This document shows, one piece after another, positions 44,090 through 56,483 of a stretch of 64,000 nucleotides of DNA (position 1 is the stretch's first letter; every line of letters begins with the position of its first letter). Source of the stretch: Octopus sinensis (Eukaryota). The notes below the pieces were generated by a model. The model was not told the DNA's origin. It was given only the letters and a program-made list of their open reading frames with translations, and searched no databases. The position numbers and the translations under genes were made by a program. Location of the stretch: assembly GCF_006345805.1 (NCBI RefSeq), contig NC_043005.1:39370001-39434000 (forward strand). The letters are read 5' to 3'.

Positions 44090-44390
44090 TGCTGTTGTAG
44101 CAATTGACATTATTGTAGTTGATCCCGGGATTAGCTCTGGATTCTTGCCGAGACAATCCAGTCTTTTTGTAGTTGTAATGTGCGTAAGGTGTATTTCTTG
44201 GTTTAAGACGTTATGGTTAGCACTCTGAGGATAATTAAACAGTTTTCCTTAGTAAGCTGTGCGACCATGTTCAGCTACTCCGTTACCATGTTTTTGGCAA
44301 AGGTAGTTAACATTAAATTCACCTGGTCTAACTATACAAAATACTTTATCCGTTGCGTCCATGAGAAGAAGAATATCTGTATGATGAAAA
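44090..44390 (-). mobile_element. Decayed LINE apurinic-endonuclease-like remnant
   Basis: A single frame with one stop: ...IVRPGEFNVNYL...*GKLFNYPQ...VLNQEIHLTHITTTKRLDCL (cf. GDFN and PT...LD motifs). Confidence 0.4.
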
Positions 44391-44559
44391 GAGGAGTATT
44401 CGATCTTGCTCTTTGAGATCTAATCCCGCTGAGGCATATATGCATGCATGTATGCACGTATATATGGAGGTATGTATGTGTAAACATATATGATTATATA
44501 TACATACAAAAACCTATATACATATATGTGTATATTCATATACATGCAAACACGCACAC

Positions 44560-44580
44560 ACCTATATATGTATATATATA

Positions 44581-44666
<86 letters not shown>

Positions 44667-44790
44667 CATATTTATATGTGGGTGTGTATATATGTATATA
44701 TTTATATATATATATATTATATGTAATATATATATATATATTATATTATATAATATATATATATATATATATATGCACTTTATTATATTA
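44560..44790. repeat. Imperfect (TA)n microsatellite
   Basis: Direct reading. Confidence 0.95.
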
Positions 44791-45155
44791 TAAAACACAC
44801 ATACATCCATACGAGCATGAGAAATATAAGACCACTCAATATAATCGATTATTCTCTTCATTATTCTAAGAGACATTTATATATGCGTGAATTACACATG
44901 CGATTAGTCAGATAATTTTGTGTATGAAGACAACAGTTGAAATGTCTGCAGACCAAAAGTAAAGTGATTTTGTTATAGTTTTCATCACGTCTACCCCGTG
45001 ACTGACATGTCTCGACCAATAGGAATCGATATTACTGGTCCTCTGCAGACATAACACCTCTTTTACCTACCTTCATTTAAGTGTCAGACTGATCACATGT
45101 TGAATTCACATGGGTATGAAAACTTTGTATAGCAATGGAGTGAAGCCTAATATGC

Positions 45156-45214
<59 letters not shown>

Positions 45215-45784
45215 ATGTATGTATATAACCATATGTAATGTGTGCAGATATAGACGTGCACACACTCACATACACACACACTCAAATGTATAAATATATT
45301 TGGAGAGATAGGGGGAGAAAGAGAGAGACAAAGACAGCTTTGACCGGGGAAATGGTGCCTGTGATAAGGAGGAAAGGTATCATCACGTCTGCCTAAACTT
45401 AGTTCGAATATTGGCATAGAATGGTGGCATACTGTAAGCGGCGTATACACATGTACACACGCTCACACATGATCACACACAATGCACATACATATATATG
45501 TTTGTGTGTTTTCTGATTGAAGGGCAGAAATATTGACACATAACTTTGGATCGAGTATGCTACATAAACCGATGTTTTGTACAATTAAGGCAAGAAATGT
45601 AAAACGTATCTACCACATTTCTCAAGAATTATATTACAACGCTTGAATATGTATATAAAGGCATCTATTATATTATGCTGGCTATACTTTACTGATTCTA
45701 ACTGGCAATAGCAGTTCTATGGGGTTGTACCGAGATGTGTTGATACAATGTCGGATAATTGTTGTTGATGTTGTTGTAGTTCCG

Positions 45785-45785
<1 letters not shown>

Positions 45786-45876
<91 letters not shown>

Positions 45877-45957
45877 TGTTGTAGTAGTAATAATAATAAT
45901 AAAAATAATAATATAATATATATAATAATAATAATATAATAATAATAATAATAATAA
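45786..45957. repeat. (GTA)n followed by (TAA)n
   Basis: Direct reading. Confidence 0.97.
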
Positions 45958-45958
45958 A

Positions 45959-46505
45959 TGCCCTGATGCAGTACCAGGCAGAGGCTCTCATGGCTTCTGA
46001 TCTTAACTGATTGGAAGTGTTATCATGTACATTGTTTTTGTCTTGGTATAAAAGATGGGCTACAGCAAATATTCTGCTCAATACCACGATTTGCTTGTCA
46101 GTTGTTTGACCATAACCAGAGCATGTCCCTTAGTGGCTGACGATATGTGCATCTCTGATCACGAGCAGAAGTAGTGGGGGAGCATCATAGCCATGTGTTG
46201 AGAGGGATTCTTTGGGGTTTGAATATTCACCTCTGGAAACATGGATGTTCGTTCAACATCCTTAAACAACCCTTATTCAGGACCGTTTGAGCGGGATGGG
46301 CTACTCAACTTGAGGAATTCTAACTGGGCCCCACCTGCAAGGTCATGTGCAGTTTATCTTGATATGAGATCACCATGTCGCGCACATATGGTTGTGATGC
46401 ATGTGCCTGGTGTACCTTTATCAGACGGGTAGTCATGATGGGTATATTGGGCTTCGTATATTTTACCCCAGTGTCACTTTGATGGCATGAACTGCTCTCT
46501 CACTC
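45959..46505 (+). mobile_element. ~550-bp TAA-anchored unclassified element, copy 1
   Basis: TGCCCTGATGCAGTACCAGGCAG...GCTCTCTCACTC followed by (AAT)n; five copies in the window. Confidence 0.92.
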
Positions 46506-46524
46506 AATAATAATAATAATAATA

Positions 46525-46561
<37 letters not shown>

Positions 46562-46564
<3 letters not shown>

Positions 46565-47262
46565 CATGTGAATGAAAAAAATTAACAAGTAACTGCAGAA
46601 TATGTGGGATTGACAAAAAACAATAAATCATATTATCTCTGGCTGCCCAGTCCTGGCTAAGAAGGAATATATTCACAGACATGACAGAGTTGGAACCTAC
46701 ATACACAGGAAGCTATGCCAACCTTTAGAATAACAACAGAAAAAAGATGGTATAGGGGGCATAGGCACCACCGAGAAAATGTCACAGAAAACGAGGAAGA
46801 AAGCAACCATACTCTGGGATATGCCGATACACACAGATAGAGAAATTAAGGCAACAGACCAGATATATTTGTCAGAGATCATGAAGAAAAAAATGCTTTT
46901 AATTGATGTATCAATACCGGCAGATGACAATGTGTCTCTAAAAGAAATGGAGAAACTTTCAAAATACAAAGACCTGGAAATAGAGGTAACAGAATGTGGA
47001 ATCTAAAAACAGAAACAATTCCTGAGATAGTAGGTGCATTAAGCTGATAAAATAATATTCAGACAGATACATAACAAAACACCAGGACTTACAAACCATA
47101 TAACATACAGAAAATTGCAGTACTAGGCACTGCCCACATCCTACGCAGAACAATTTCCATACAATAACCATCAGAGCATCACAACAAATCACAGCACATA
47201 CCTAAGGCACACAGAGCTGCGCTCGGTAGGGAAGTGAAAGCACGCTATAAATAAAACTACTG
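46562..47262 (+). mobile_element. R4/Dong-type fragment B (CCHC, REL endonuclease, 3' UTR)
   Basis: CRICGIDKK..HIISGCPVL..EYIHRHD, ATILWDMPIHTDREIKA, LIDVSIPADDNVSLKEMEKLSKYKDLEIEV; (TAA)n on both sides. Confidence 0.92.
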
Positions 47263-47366
47263 AATAATAATAATAATATAATAATAATAATAATAATATA
47301 ATAATAATAACAACAACAACAACACCCACAACAACAACAACAACAACAACATAATAATAAAATATT

Positions 47367-47429
<63 letters not shown>

Positions 47430-47431
47430 CA

Positions 47432-47900
47432 CATTCATTGGAGTTGGATTGTGAGACAGTCATAAAAGAACTCGAGCAGAAACAAACTTAGAAATACCTC
47501 GGGATAAGTGAAGGCTCTGGCATTCAGCATGCAGGTACTACAGAGAAGATCATGAAGGGGAGTAACAGCAGAGCTCAAGCAATCCTAAAATCCGTCTTAA
47601 ATGCAAGTAACATCTCTAGACGGTTACAAGAGGAGTGATTGTAGAAGCACTTGGAATGATTTTAAAAAATGAACAGAAAATTATTTAAGAATGATCACTG
47701 GATTACCATCTATATAGGAAGTGCAAAAGATTTTCTTAACCGGTGCATCAACTGGTGTATTTAGAAGAGCATTGTCGCTGTAAATCTTCGTTCCATTTTC
47801 CCCTTTGTTTTCTTTGCTCACTTTTTTATTTTTCATTTTTATTTTTCTCTCTGTCTTTCTTCCCCTTTTGCTCTATCACATGACTTTGTAAATGGACAAT
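47432..47900 (+). mobile_element. R4/Dong-type fragment F, internally deleted
   Basis: ELDCETVIKELEQKQT*KYLGISEGSGIQHA...ILKSVLNA joined to a frameshifted C-terminus (VQKIFLTGA); starts right after (TAA)n. Confidence 0.7.
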
Positions 47901-48001
47901 TTGGTGTTTATTTTAATGGCCTACCAATGTATACAGTGCATTTCTCTAGGTGTCAGGAAGACACTCGACAAGAAATGACAACAGAATTGAAAGATAAAGA
48001 A

Positions 48002-48091
<90 letters not shown>

Positions 48092-48095
<4 letters not shown>

Positions 48096-50752
48096 TACAC
48101 ATAGAAGATCCACCTAATATTGAGGAAGTGGAGGAGTTCTGGAAGAAGTATGGAGCAACGAAAAATAGAGTTTAATGCTGAGGCTGACTGGATAGAACGG
48201 AGAAAGAGAGACTGGATGAACTTGAAGAACAGAAATGGAAGCAATAGAATAGAGGAGCTAAGTGTGTCCTTAGAAGGCTCATAATGGAAAACCCCAGGAC
48301 TGGATCGGATCCCTAACTTCTGGCTGAATTGTTTGACGAGGTACACTAACATCTCGCTGCATCTCTGTCTGATGTTCATTCAGAAACCAGAGCAAATACC
48401 TGCTTGGCTGACTGAAGGAACCACCTACCTATTACCTAAAACCGAAGACCAAACACCAAAGAATTACCGGCCCAATAACATGTCTCAACACCACCTACAA
48501 AATCCTCACATCCATAATAACTGAGAGAATGTACGCTTTCCTTGAACAAAATTCTATCCTTCCACAAGTTCAAAAAGTTGTAAAAGAAAATCTTATGGGT
48601 GCAAAGATCAATTGCTCATAAACAGAATGATTGTAGAGAATTGCCGGAGCAAAAACAAAAACCGGAGTATGGCATGGATAGACTACAGGAAAGCGTATGA
48701 AGATCAATTGCTCATAAACAGATGATTGTAGAGAATTGCCGGAGCAAAAACAAAAACCTGAGTATGGCATGGATAGACTACAGGAAAGCGTATGACAGTG
48801 TCCCACATAAATGGATACTCAAGGCCCTTGAGATATACAAGATCTCTCCTGTCGTCTCAAAATTCTTTCTAAGCCATAGTAATGGGATGAGCCAGTCCAA
48901 CAGCATCAACATCAAACGAGGCATCTTTCAAGGTGACTCCCTCTCTCCATTACTTTTTTGCATGGCACTGATCCCACTCTCAAACGAATTGGATAGTACC
49001 AGATATGGGTACAAAGTTTTTAGTAAGTTAATAAACCACCTTTTCTATATGGACGACCTAAAGCTGTTTGCCAGGAATGACCAAGAGCTAGAAGGGCTGC
49101 TAACAACTGTTAAAGAGTTTAGCAATGATATCGGAATGGATTTTGGCCTTGATAAGTGTGCTAAAGCAACTTTTGTAAGGGGCAAGATCAGGCAAACAGC
49201 TTCTGTTAAATTAGATATTGACACTACCATCAAGGAACTTGACCCACAGGAAAGTTACAAATACCTAGGAATCAACGAAGGAGATGGTATACATCATGCT
49301 ACTATGAAGGAAAAATAAGAAAGGATACTATAGGAGAATAAGGCTTGTACTGAAGACTGAACTCAACTCCAAAAATTGCATTGAGGCCATTAACACCCTG
49401 GCACTTCCAGTAGTCCAGTACAGTTTTAATATCATTAACTGGAACCTTACGGAACTCCAACGCTTGGACAGGAAGACAAGAAAGTTACTGACATCCAAGA
49501 GCATGCACCACCCTAAGGCAGATGTAGACCGCTTGTACCTACCTAGAAGCAGCGGGGGGGGAAGGAATGATGCAATTAGAGCTGTGCTATAAGACCTCTA
49601 CTGTAGGAATGAACAGGTACCTATCTAGTACAAAGGACTGGATGCTGCGACTTGTGTGCGAACACGAAAGCAGCAAAAAGCTGCATTCTATTGTCAAGGA
49701 AGCTTATAAGTTCGAAAGGGAACTAGACATTAACCTTGAATCAGATGAAGAGCCGGAAACCACTGCTACCAAGCAAGCAAAGCGAATCAAGCAGACTGCA
49801 AAAAAGAACGGGCAGAATCAATTTGAGAGGCGGTGGAGCCAGAAGCCCCTGCATGGACCAATATATTCTCCGAAGCCAAAATGCTGATGTAGACCAAGCA
49901 ACAACCCATCAGTGGCTGAAGAGCTCTGGATTGAAAGCAGAGACTGAAGGTTTCATAATGGCAGCACAAGATCAAAGCTTGTTTACCAGAAATTACCAGG
50001 CTAACGTTCTCCGAAACGGTACTGACCCTAAATGCAGATTCTGCGACACATTTGACGAAACGATAGACCATCTCGTTTCGGGATGTCCTGTGCTGACACC
50101 AAACGAATACAAAAATCGCCACGATAGGGTAGGACAGTATATACTTTGGAAGATATGTAAACACTACAAATCCGACACTCCTGCTAACTGGTATGAACAC
50201 CATCCTCAGCCAGTTGTTGAAGGTAAAGATGTCACCATCCTCTGGGATTTTCCAGTCAACACTGACAGAACGATCAAGGCTAAACGACCAGACATAATTG
50301 TTAAAGACAGGGAAGAAAATACCTGCAGACTAATAGAAGTAAGCGTCCCCACTGATAAAAATGTATCTGTCAAGGAATTTGACAAACTTAGTAAATATAA
50401 GGACCTGGAAATAGAATGGGACAGAGGATGTGGAATCTTAAAACAAAAATGTTCCTGTTATTGTAGGTGCCCTAGGTTATGATAAAAAAGGGATGTCAGA
50501 AACACCTAGACAATATCCCTGAAAACCATGTCTGAAGGAAATCCAAAAGATTGTGCTAACAAGTACTGCCCACATCCTTAGAAAAACCCTATCAATGTAA
50601 ATGTTTGGGTTTGCATTACATGGAGATATATTCTTACTTCCCCTCCCAAGCTTTTCAGCTATATTTCAACAAGTCTTAACCTTCACTTGCCCTAGGGCGC
50701 TGGGTGTGCCCCGGCAGGTGATTGCATCAAACATGCAGATTAAAATAAATGA
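48092..50752 (+). mobile_element. R4/Dong-type non-LTR retrotransposon A, 5'-truncated, frameshifted (RT, CCHC, REL endonuclease, 3' UTR)
   Basis: AWIDYRKAYDSVPH, RGIFQGDSLSPLLF, HLFYMDDLKLF, YKYLGI, CRFCDTFDETIDHLVSGC, KRPDIIVKD..LIEVSVP.D..KE..KLSKYKDL. Stop at 50598-50600 and AATAAA at 50744; (TAA)n on both sides; 96-bp internal tandem duplication at 48605-48795. Confidence 0.96.
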
Positions 50753-50810
50753 CAATGATAATAATAAATAATAATAATCATAATAATATAATAATAATAA
50801 TAATAATAAT

Positions 50811-51367
50811 TGCCTGATGCAGTACCAGGCAGTGGCTCTCATGGCTTCTGATCTTAACTGATTGGAGTGTTATCATGTACATTGTTTTGTCTTGGTATAA
50901 AAAGAAGGGCCACAGCAAATATTCTGCTCAATACAACAGATTTGCTTGTCAGTTGTTTGACTTTAACCAGTTGCAGCATTGTCCCTTAGTGGCCTGACGA
51001 TATGTGCATCTCTGATCATGAGCAGAAGTAGTGGGGGAGCATCATAGCATGTGTTGAGAGGGATTCTTTGGGGCTTGAATAATTCACCTCTGGGAACATG
51101 GGTGTTTCGTTCAACATCCTTAAACAACCCTTATTCAGGGACCTTTCGAGTGGGATGGGTTACTCGACCTGAAGTAAAATTCTAACTGGGCCCCACCTAC
51201 AAGGTCATGTGCTGTTTATTTTGATATGAGATCACCATGTCGCGCACATATGGTTGTGATGCATGTGCCTAGTGTACCTTTATCAGACGGGTAGTCATGA
51301 TGGGTATACCGGGCTTCGTATATTTTACCTCAGTGTCACTTTGATGGCATGCACTTCTCTCTCACTC
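50811..51367 (+). mobile_element. ~550-bp TAA-anchored unclassified element, copy 2
   Basis: Same family; (TAA)n on both sides. Confidence 0.92.
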
Positions 51368-51391
51368 AATAATAATAATAATAATAATAAT

Positions 51392-51735
51392 GAAATAACA
51401 ACAGAAAAAAGATGGTATAGGCACACGCCAGGAAAGGTCACGGAAAATGATAAAGCAACCATATTATGGGATATGCCAATACACACAGATAAAGAAATTA
51501 AGGTCAATAGGCTGGGTACAGTTGTCAGAGATCATCAAGGGAAAAAATGCATTCTAATTGATGTAACAAAACCAATAGATGACAACGTTTCCCTAAAAGA
51601 AATGGAGAAACTTTCAAAATACAAAGACCTGGGAAAAGAGGTGACGCGAATGTGCAATCTTAAAACAGAAACAATTCTAATGTCGAAATTCCTATCATAA
51701 TGGGTGCTTTAAGTATGATAAAAAAATGTTTACAC
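51392..51735 (+). mobile_element. R4/Dong-type fragment E (same subfamily as B)
   Basis: KRWYRHTPGKVTENDKATILWDMPIHTDKEIK...CILIDVTKPIDDNVSLKEMEKLSKYKDL. Confidence 0.9.
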
Positions 51736-52293
51736 AAATACATAATAAAAACACACACACACACACACCACACACACACACACATTCACGCACACACACA
51801 TCGGCATACACGCAAGCACACACAATGTAATTTCTGCACTGAGAGCTTTGAATTGTTTCCAGTATATTGTATGAATGCCATTTATTTACTGACTTAATGT
51901 ACGCCGACGATAATACGTTTTAAATGATGCAATAGCGCTTTAGGCTATTGTTTAGAAAAGTTATATTATATTTGGCATTATTGATATACTACTAATCAAA
52001 TATTTGGATATTGATATTGTAGATAATACGACGTAAAAAATCTAGTATCTGCTATCAATACGACAACATGGAATGAAATATTGTCTTTTTAATTTTTCTT
52101 AATTAATTCAGATACAAACTGATGTAAAATCTAATCAAACAGTTAAGTGCAACTTTCAATTTCTTTGATTATATCTGGAATTTTCACCTCTACGAGTCCA
52201 GTAACTTCGTTTTCATTATCGACACGATGTAAAATCTTGGGTCTTAATTTATATTTCCATCCATGGGTAATCATTATTATTATCATTATTATT

Positions 52294-52842
52294 GAGTGAG
52301 CGAGCAGAGCATGCCATCAAAGTGACACTGGGGTAAAATATACGAAGCCCAGTATACCCATCATGACTACCCGTCTGATAAGGGTACACCAGGCACATGC
52401 ATCACAAACCATATGTGCGCGACACTGGTGATCTCATATCAAGATAAACAGCACATGACCTTGCAGTGTGGAGCCAGTTAGAATTTTCTTCAGATCGAGT
52501 AACCATCCCGCTCAAAAGGTCCCTGAATAAGGGTTGTTTAAGGATGTTGAAAGAACCACCCATGTTTCCAGAGGTGAATTATTCAAACCCCAAAGAATCC
52601 CTCTCAACACAGGCTATGATGCTCCCCCACTACTTCTGCTCGTGATCAGAGATGCACATATCGTCAGCCGCTAAGGGACATGCTCAACTGGTAAGGTCAA
52701 ACAACTGACAAGCAAATCTGTGGTATTGAGCAGAATATTTGCTGTAGCCCACTTTTATACCAAGGAAAAACATGTACATGATAACACTCCAATCAGTTAA
52801 GATCAGAAGCATGAGAGCCACTGCCTGGTACTGCATCAGGCA
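52294..52842 (-). mobile_element. ~550-bp TAA-anchored unclassified element, copy 3
   Basis: Same family, reverse complement; (TTA)n on both sides. Confidence 0.92.
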
Positions 52843-52843
52843 A

Positions 52844-52881
<38 letters not shown>

Positions 52882-52924
52882 TATTATTTATTATTATTAT
52901 TATTACTATTATTATTATTATTAT

Positions 52925-53100
52925 TGAGACAGGGAGCAGGCAGAATCGTTAACAAACCGAACGAAATGCTTAGCGGTATTCCGTTTGTCCTTATATTCTG
53001 AGTTCATTCTCCGCCGAGATCGACTTAGCCTGGAACACTGGGGTTGATGTGATCGATTAGTCCCCTCCCCCAAAATTTCAAGATTTGGCCAATAGTAAAA
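52925..53100 (+). mobile_element. Decayed SINE family A with internal deletion
   Basis: GGCAGAATCGTTA...CGAAATGCTTAGCGGTATT...CTGAGTTC..CCGCCGAGATCGACTT. Confidence 0.75.
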
Positions 53101-53647
53101 AGGATTGTTATTATTATTACTATATTTGTCCTAAGCTATATCGCCACAGTTCAGTATGGCCCCATAAAACTGCTGTTGCGGTTTGGAATCACTAGGGCGT
53201 TGTCGACATATCAAAATTAGGAGCATTTACATGCGAACTCAAAAACTTCCCGTAAACGTAATTAAAGAATATGTGTTCGCCGATTGTTTACTCTGGGCGT
53301 CCACCCTGTCGTTTGTTCGTTCGAAGCTCTAACTCTTCACAAATTTTACATTTTAAAAATTCCTGGATGCTGCCGTTTTATGAAGGTTTCCTATCTTGTC
53401 GTTGAAAGCTCAAAATAGGAAGTAATTAACAGTGGACAACTGAGGAGGGGTTAGACTCTTTTGGTATTTTGTCCCATAATTGTCTCTTATGTTTACGGAT
53501 TTTTCACTCGCTTGCGATGTCCCGTTCTCATTGTGTATTTCTTAGTATCTTGCCCTCTACTTATTTCTCATGTGTTTCCATATGTTTCACTTGTTGCTGA
53601 TGTACGGTACTTGATGTATTATATATATATATATATAAATATATATA

Positions 53648-53843
53648 TCTGTTTCTTTATTGTCCACAAAGGGCTAAACATAGAGGGGACAAACAAGGAC
53701 AGACAAACGGATTAAGTCGATTACATCGACCCCAGTGCGTAACTGGTACTTAATTTATCGACCCCGAATGGATGAAAGGCAAAGTCAACGACAGACGCAG
53801 TACCGCTAAGCATTTCGCCCGGTGTGCTAACGTTTCTGCCAGT
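53648..53843 (-). mobile_element. SINE family A with intact 3' tail, internally deleted
   Basis: GTTTCTTTATTGTCCACAAAGGGCTAAAC...ATCGACCCCGAATGGATGAAAGGCAAAGTC...GCTAACGTTTCTGCCAG. Confidence 0.92.
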
Positions 53844-54192
53844 AACAAAGATGTGCAGATGTCAGTTCTTTACGGCCGTTTCAAGTGGCTCCATTTAATT
53901 AATCAATGAAAACATTGTATCAATTTCAAAGACACCGCTCTCTTCAGATGACGGCATAGATATCAAACATAAAAGATAAAATATTTTTATAAACAAATTT
54001 ACATAAATAGTGGAAACCAAATTATTTACAATGTTTCCTATTGCTATATCTGTGGCAGAATATTAGGTAGAAATATCCCGTCACGTCGTCTTGATATTCA
54101 ATATTCAAATAATAATGTTGAGGTGTGCGGAATATACCGAACTAGCAAGGTGCCCCAATTTAAATACCTAATTCAACTGAATCTTAAATATG

Positions 54193-54253
<61 letters not shown>

Positions 54254-55059
54254 GGAGCGACAGACAGACAGACGCAGAGACAGAGATGTGTGTATTTTCC
54301 CTTGTTAACAAATAACACGGAAAAAAACAGATAAATAGTTACCAGGTTAGTAAAAAAATCACACAGGTAAAAAGGTTGTAACTCCTTGTTTTTAAAGGTA
54401 GAAACTCCGAGTTTACGTGAAATATTTTGCATGATATATATAAATAAATAAACAGAGTTATCTAAAAGACCACAATAAACAATTTAATTTGGTTGATTCT
54501 CTCAATTTCGATAACTTATGATAAATGCAAGGAATTCTCTCTTCTGTAATTCTGAACTACTTTTTTTCTAAAACTCCCATTGTAAACACGGTTATCGAGC
54601 GTGCATACCGATGTAAACATTGGTAGAAACACACCTTTAGTTCATATAAGTGATATCTATCATTATATATAATTTAAACATTAATTTTCTTCTTACATTT
54701 CACATTCCCTAGATATATCTTTTTCCAAAACTATAAGGTTTTAATTAATTTACATTCTGTTATATACTTCTCATTTATTTGTCTTTTTCTTTCCGTTACC
54801 CATCCTCTTTCTATAGGCTACCTTTGACGTTATATCCTCCAAGGTCTTTTTAAAATAACCATAAAAGCGTTCAGTTAATCACTATACATATCCATCATAT
54901 CCTGTTAAAATGTCTTATTGAGTTTCATTTCTTCATTTCCCTGAAGAGAAGATTACGTTGTTTTACACCATTTTATTCCTATGGAGTAATACTAGTGATA
55001 TCTTCGAAACATGTATTGGAAGTAAAAGAATTTGAATAACACCTATTTTATCTCCATTT

Positions 55060-55318
<259 letters not shown>

Positions 55319-55320
55319 CA

Positions 55321-55660
55321 CATGGCTCAGTGGTTAGAGCGTCGAGCTTACGATCATGAGGTTGTGAGCTCGAATCCCGGTCCGGGCTGCGTGTTGTGTT
55401 CTTGAGCAAAGCACTTTATTTTTCACGTTGCTCCAGTTCACTCAGCTGTAGAAATGAGTTGCGACGTCACTGGTGCTAAGCTGTATCGACCTTTGTCTTT
55501 CCCTAGGATAACACTGGTGGCGTGGAGAGGGGAGGCTGGTACGCATGGGCGACTGCTGGTCTTCCATAAACAACCTTGCCCGGACTTGTGTCTAGGAGGG
55601 TAACTTTCTAGGTGCAATCCCATGGTCATTCATGACCGAAGGGGGTCTTTACCCCTTTAT
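55321..55660 (+). mobile_element. tRNA-derived SINE, family C, apparently full length
   Basis: A-box TGGCTCAGTGG, B-box-like GCTCGAATCCC, conserved-type core GTGTTCTTGAGCAAAGCACTT...CACTCAGCTGTAGAAATGAGT, and tail ending TTTACCCTTT. Confidence 0.85.
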
Positions 55661-55971
55661 TAATAATATCAGGTTACTAAAGATTTTATAAATGTTTACT
55701 ACTTGTGGCCTAGCGTGTAGAAAATTTAGTCAATATATTATTCATGTCAATACAGTCTACATTTAAACACATAAGATGAAGACTTCGCCCAGTAAATTAT
55801 TTTATCTGTTAAAAAAAGTTAGAAATCATGGTCCAGAAGATAGATGGTAAATGTTTATATTTTTCATTCCCTACCAGTTTTTATCCCCAATAGTGGTATG
55901 GACCTTAGCTGTTCCTTCTAGCGAGAAAGGAATCCTATGACGGATATCTTATGTGTTTAAATGTACACTAC

Positions 55972-56005
<34 letters not shown>

Positions 56006-56019
56006 GATAGCTAGCCACT

Positions 56020-56185
56020 AAACCTTTTTTTTACTTTTGCTCCCTGTTTATTTCTGTGTTCCTTTCTGTCGAAGAGCGTAGGCTCGAAACGTAAAAGACT
56101 TTCTCACTTCCCAAGCATTAAACTAATACAACTATTTTTTGTTTACACACCCGTCTTTGTCTTTTCTTTTCTTTTGTAAATTCTC
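56020..56185 (+). mobile_element. Penelope-like pseudo-LTR remnant
   Basis: Homologous to 31720-31890 and 27001-27170 (reverse complement). Confidence 0.6.
56062..56097 (+). ncRNA. Minimal hammerhead-like motif, variant core (copy 3)
   Basis: CTTT-CTGTCGA-A-GAGC-GTAG-GCTC-GAA-ACGT-A-AAAG. Confidence 0.55.
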
Positions 56186-56226
56186 ACTATATATATATAT
56201 ATAGATAGATACGTAGATAGATAGAT

Positions 56227-56333
<107 letters not shown>

Positions 56334-56483
56334 CAGATAGATAGATAGATAGATAGATAGATGGATGGATGGAAGGACACATAGATAGATATGCAAAGAG
56401 CAAGAGAGAAATTGAGAATATATATGCGTCTCTGTATGTGCGCATTAGCGTAGTACGTGTACTTGTGTATGTACGTATGAATA

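Noticed and set aside
44309-44362. Apparent 54-nt minus-strand exon with good splice sites (DILLLMDATDKVFCIVRP)
   Set aside because: The same frame reads straight through the supposed intron as a decayed LINE endonuclease-like sequence, so the splice signals are probably coincidental.
55321-55395. Possible tRNA gene
   Set aside because: A and B boxes are present but the anticodon and acceptor stems do not pair, and it continues into a SINE body and tail.
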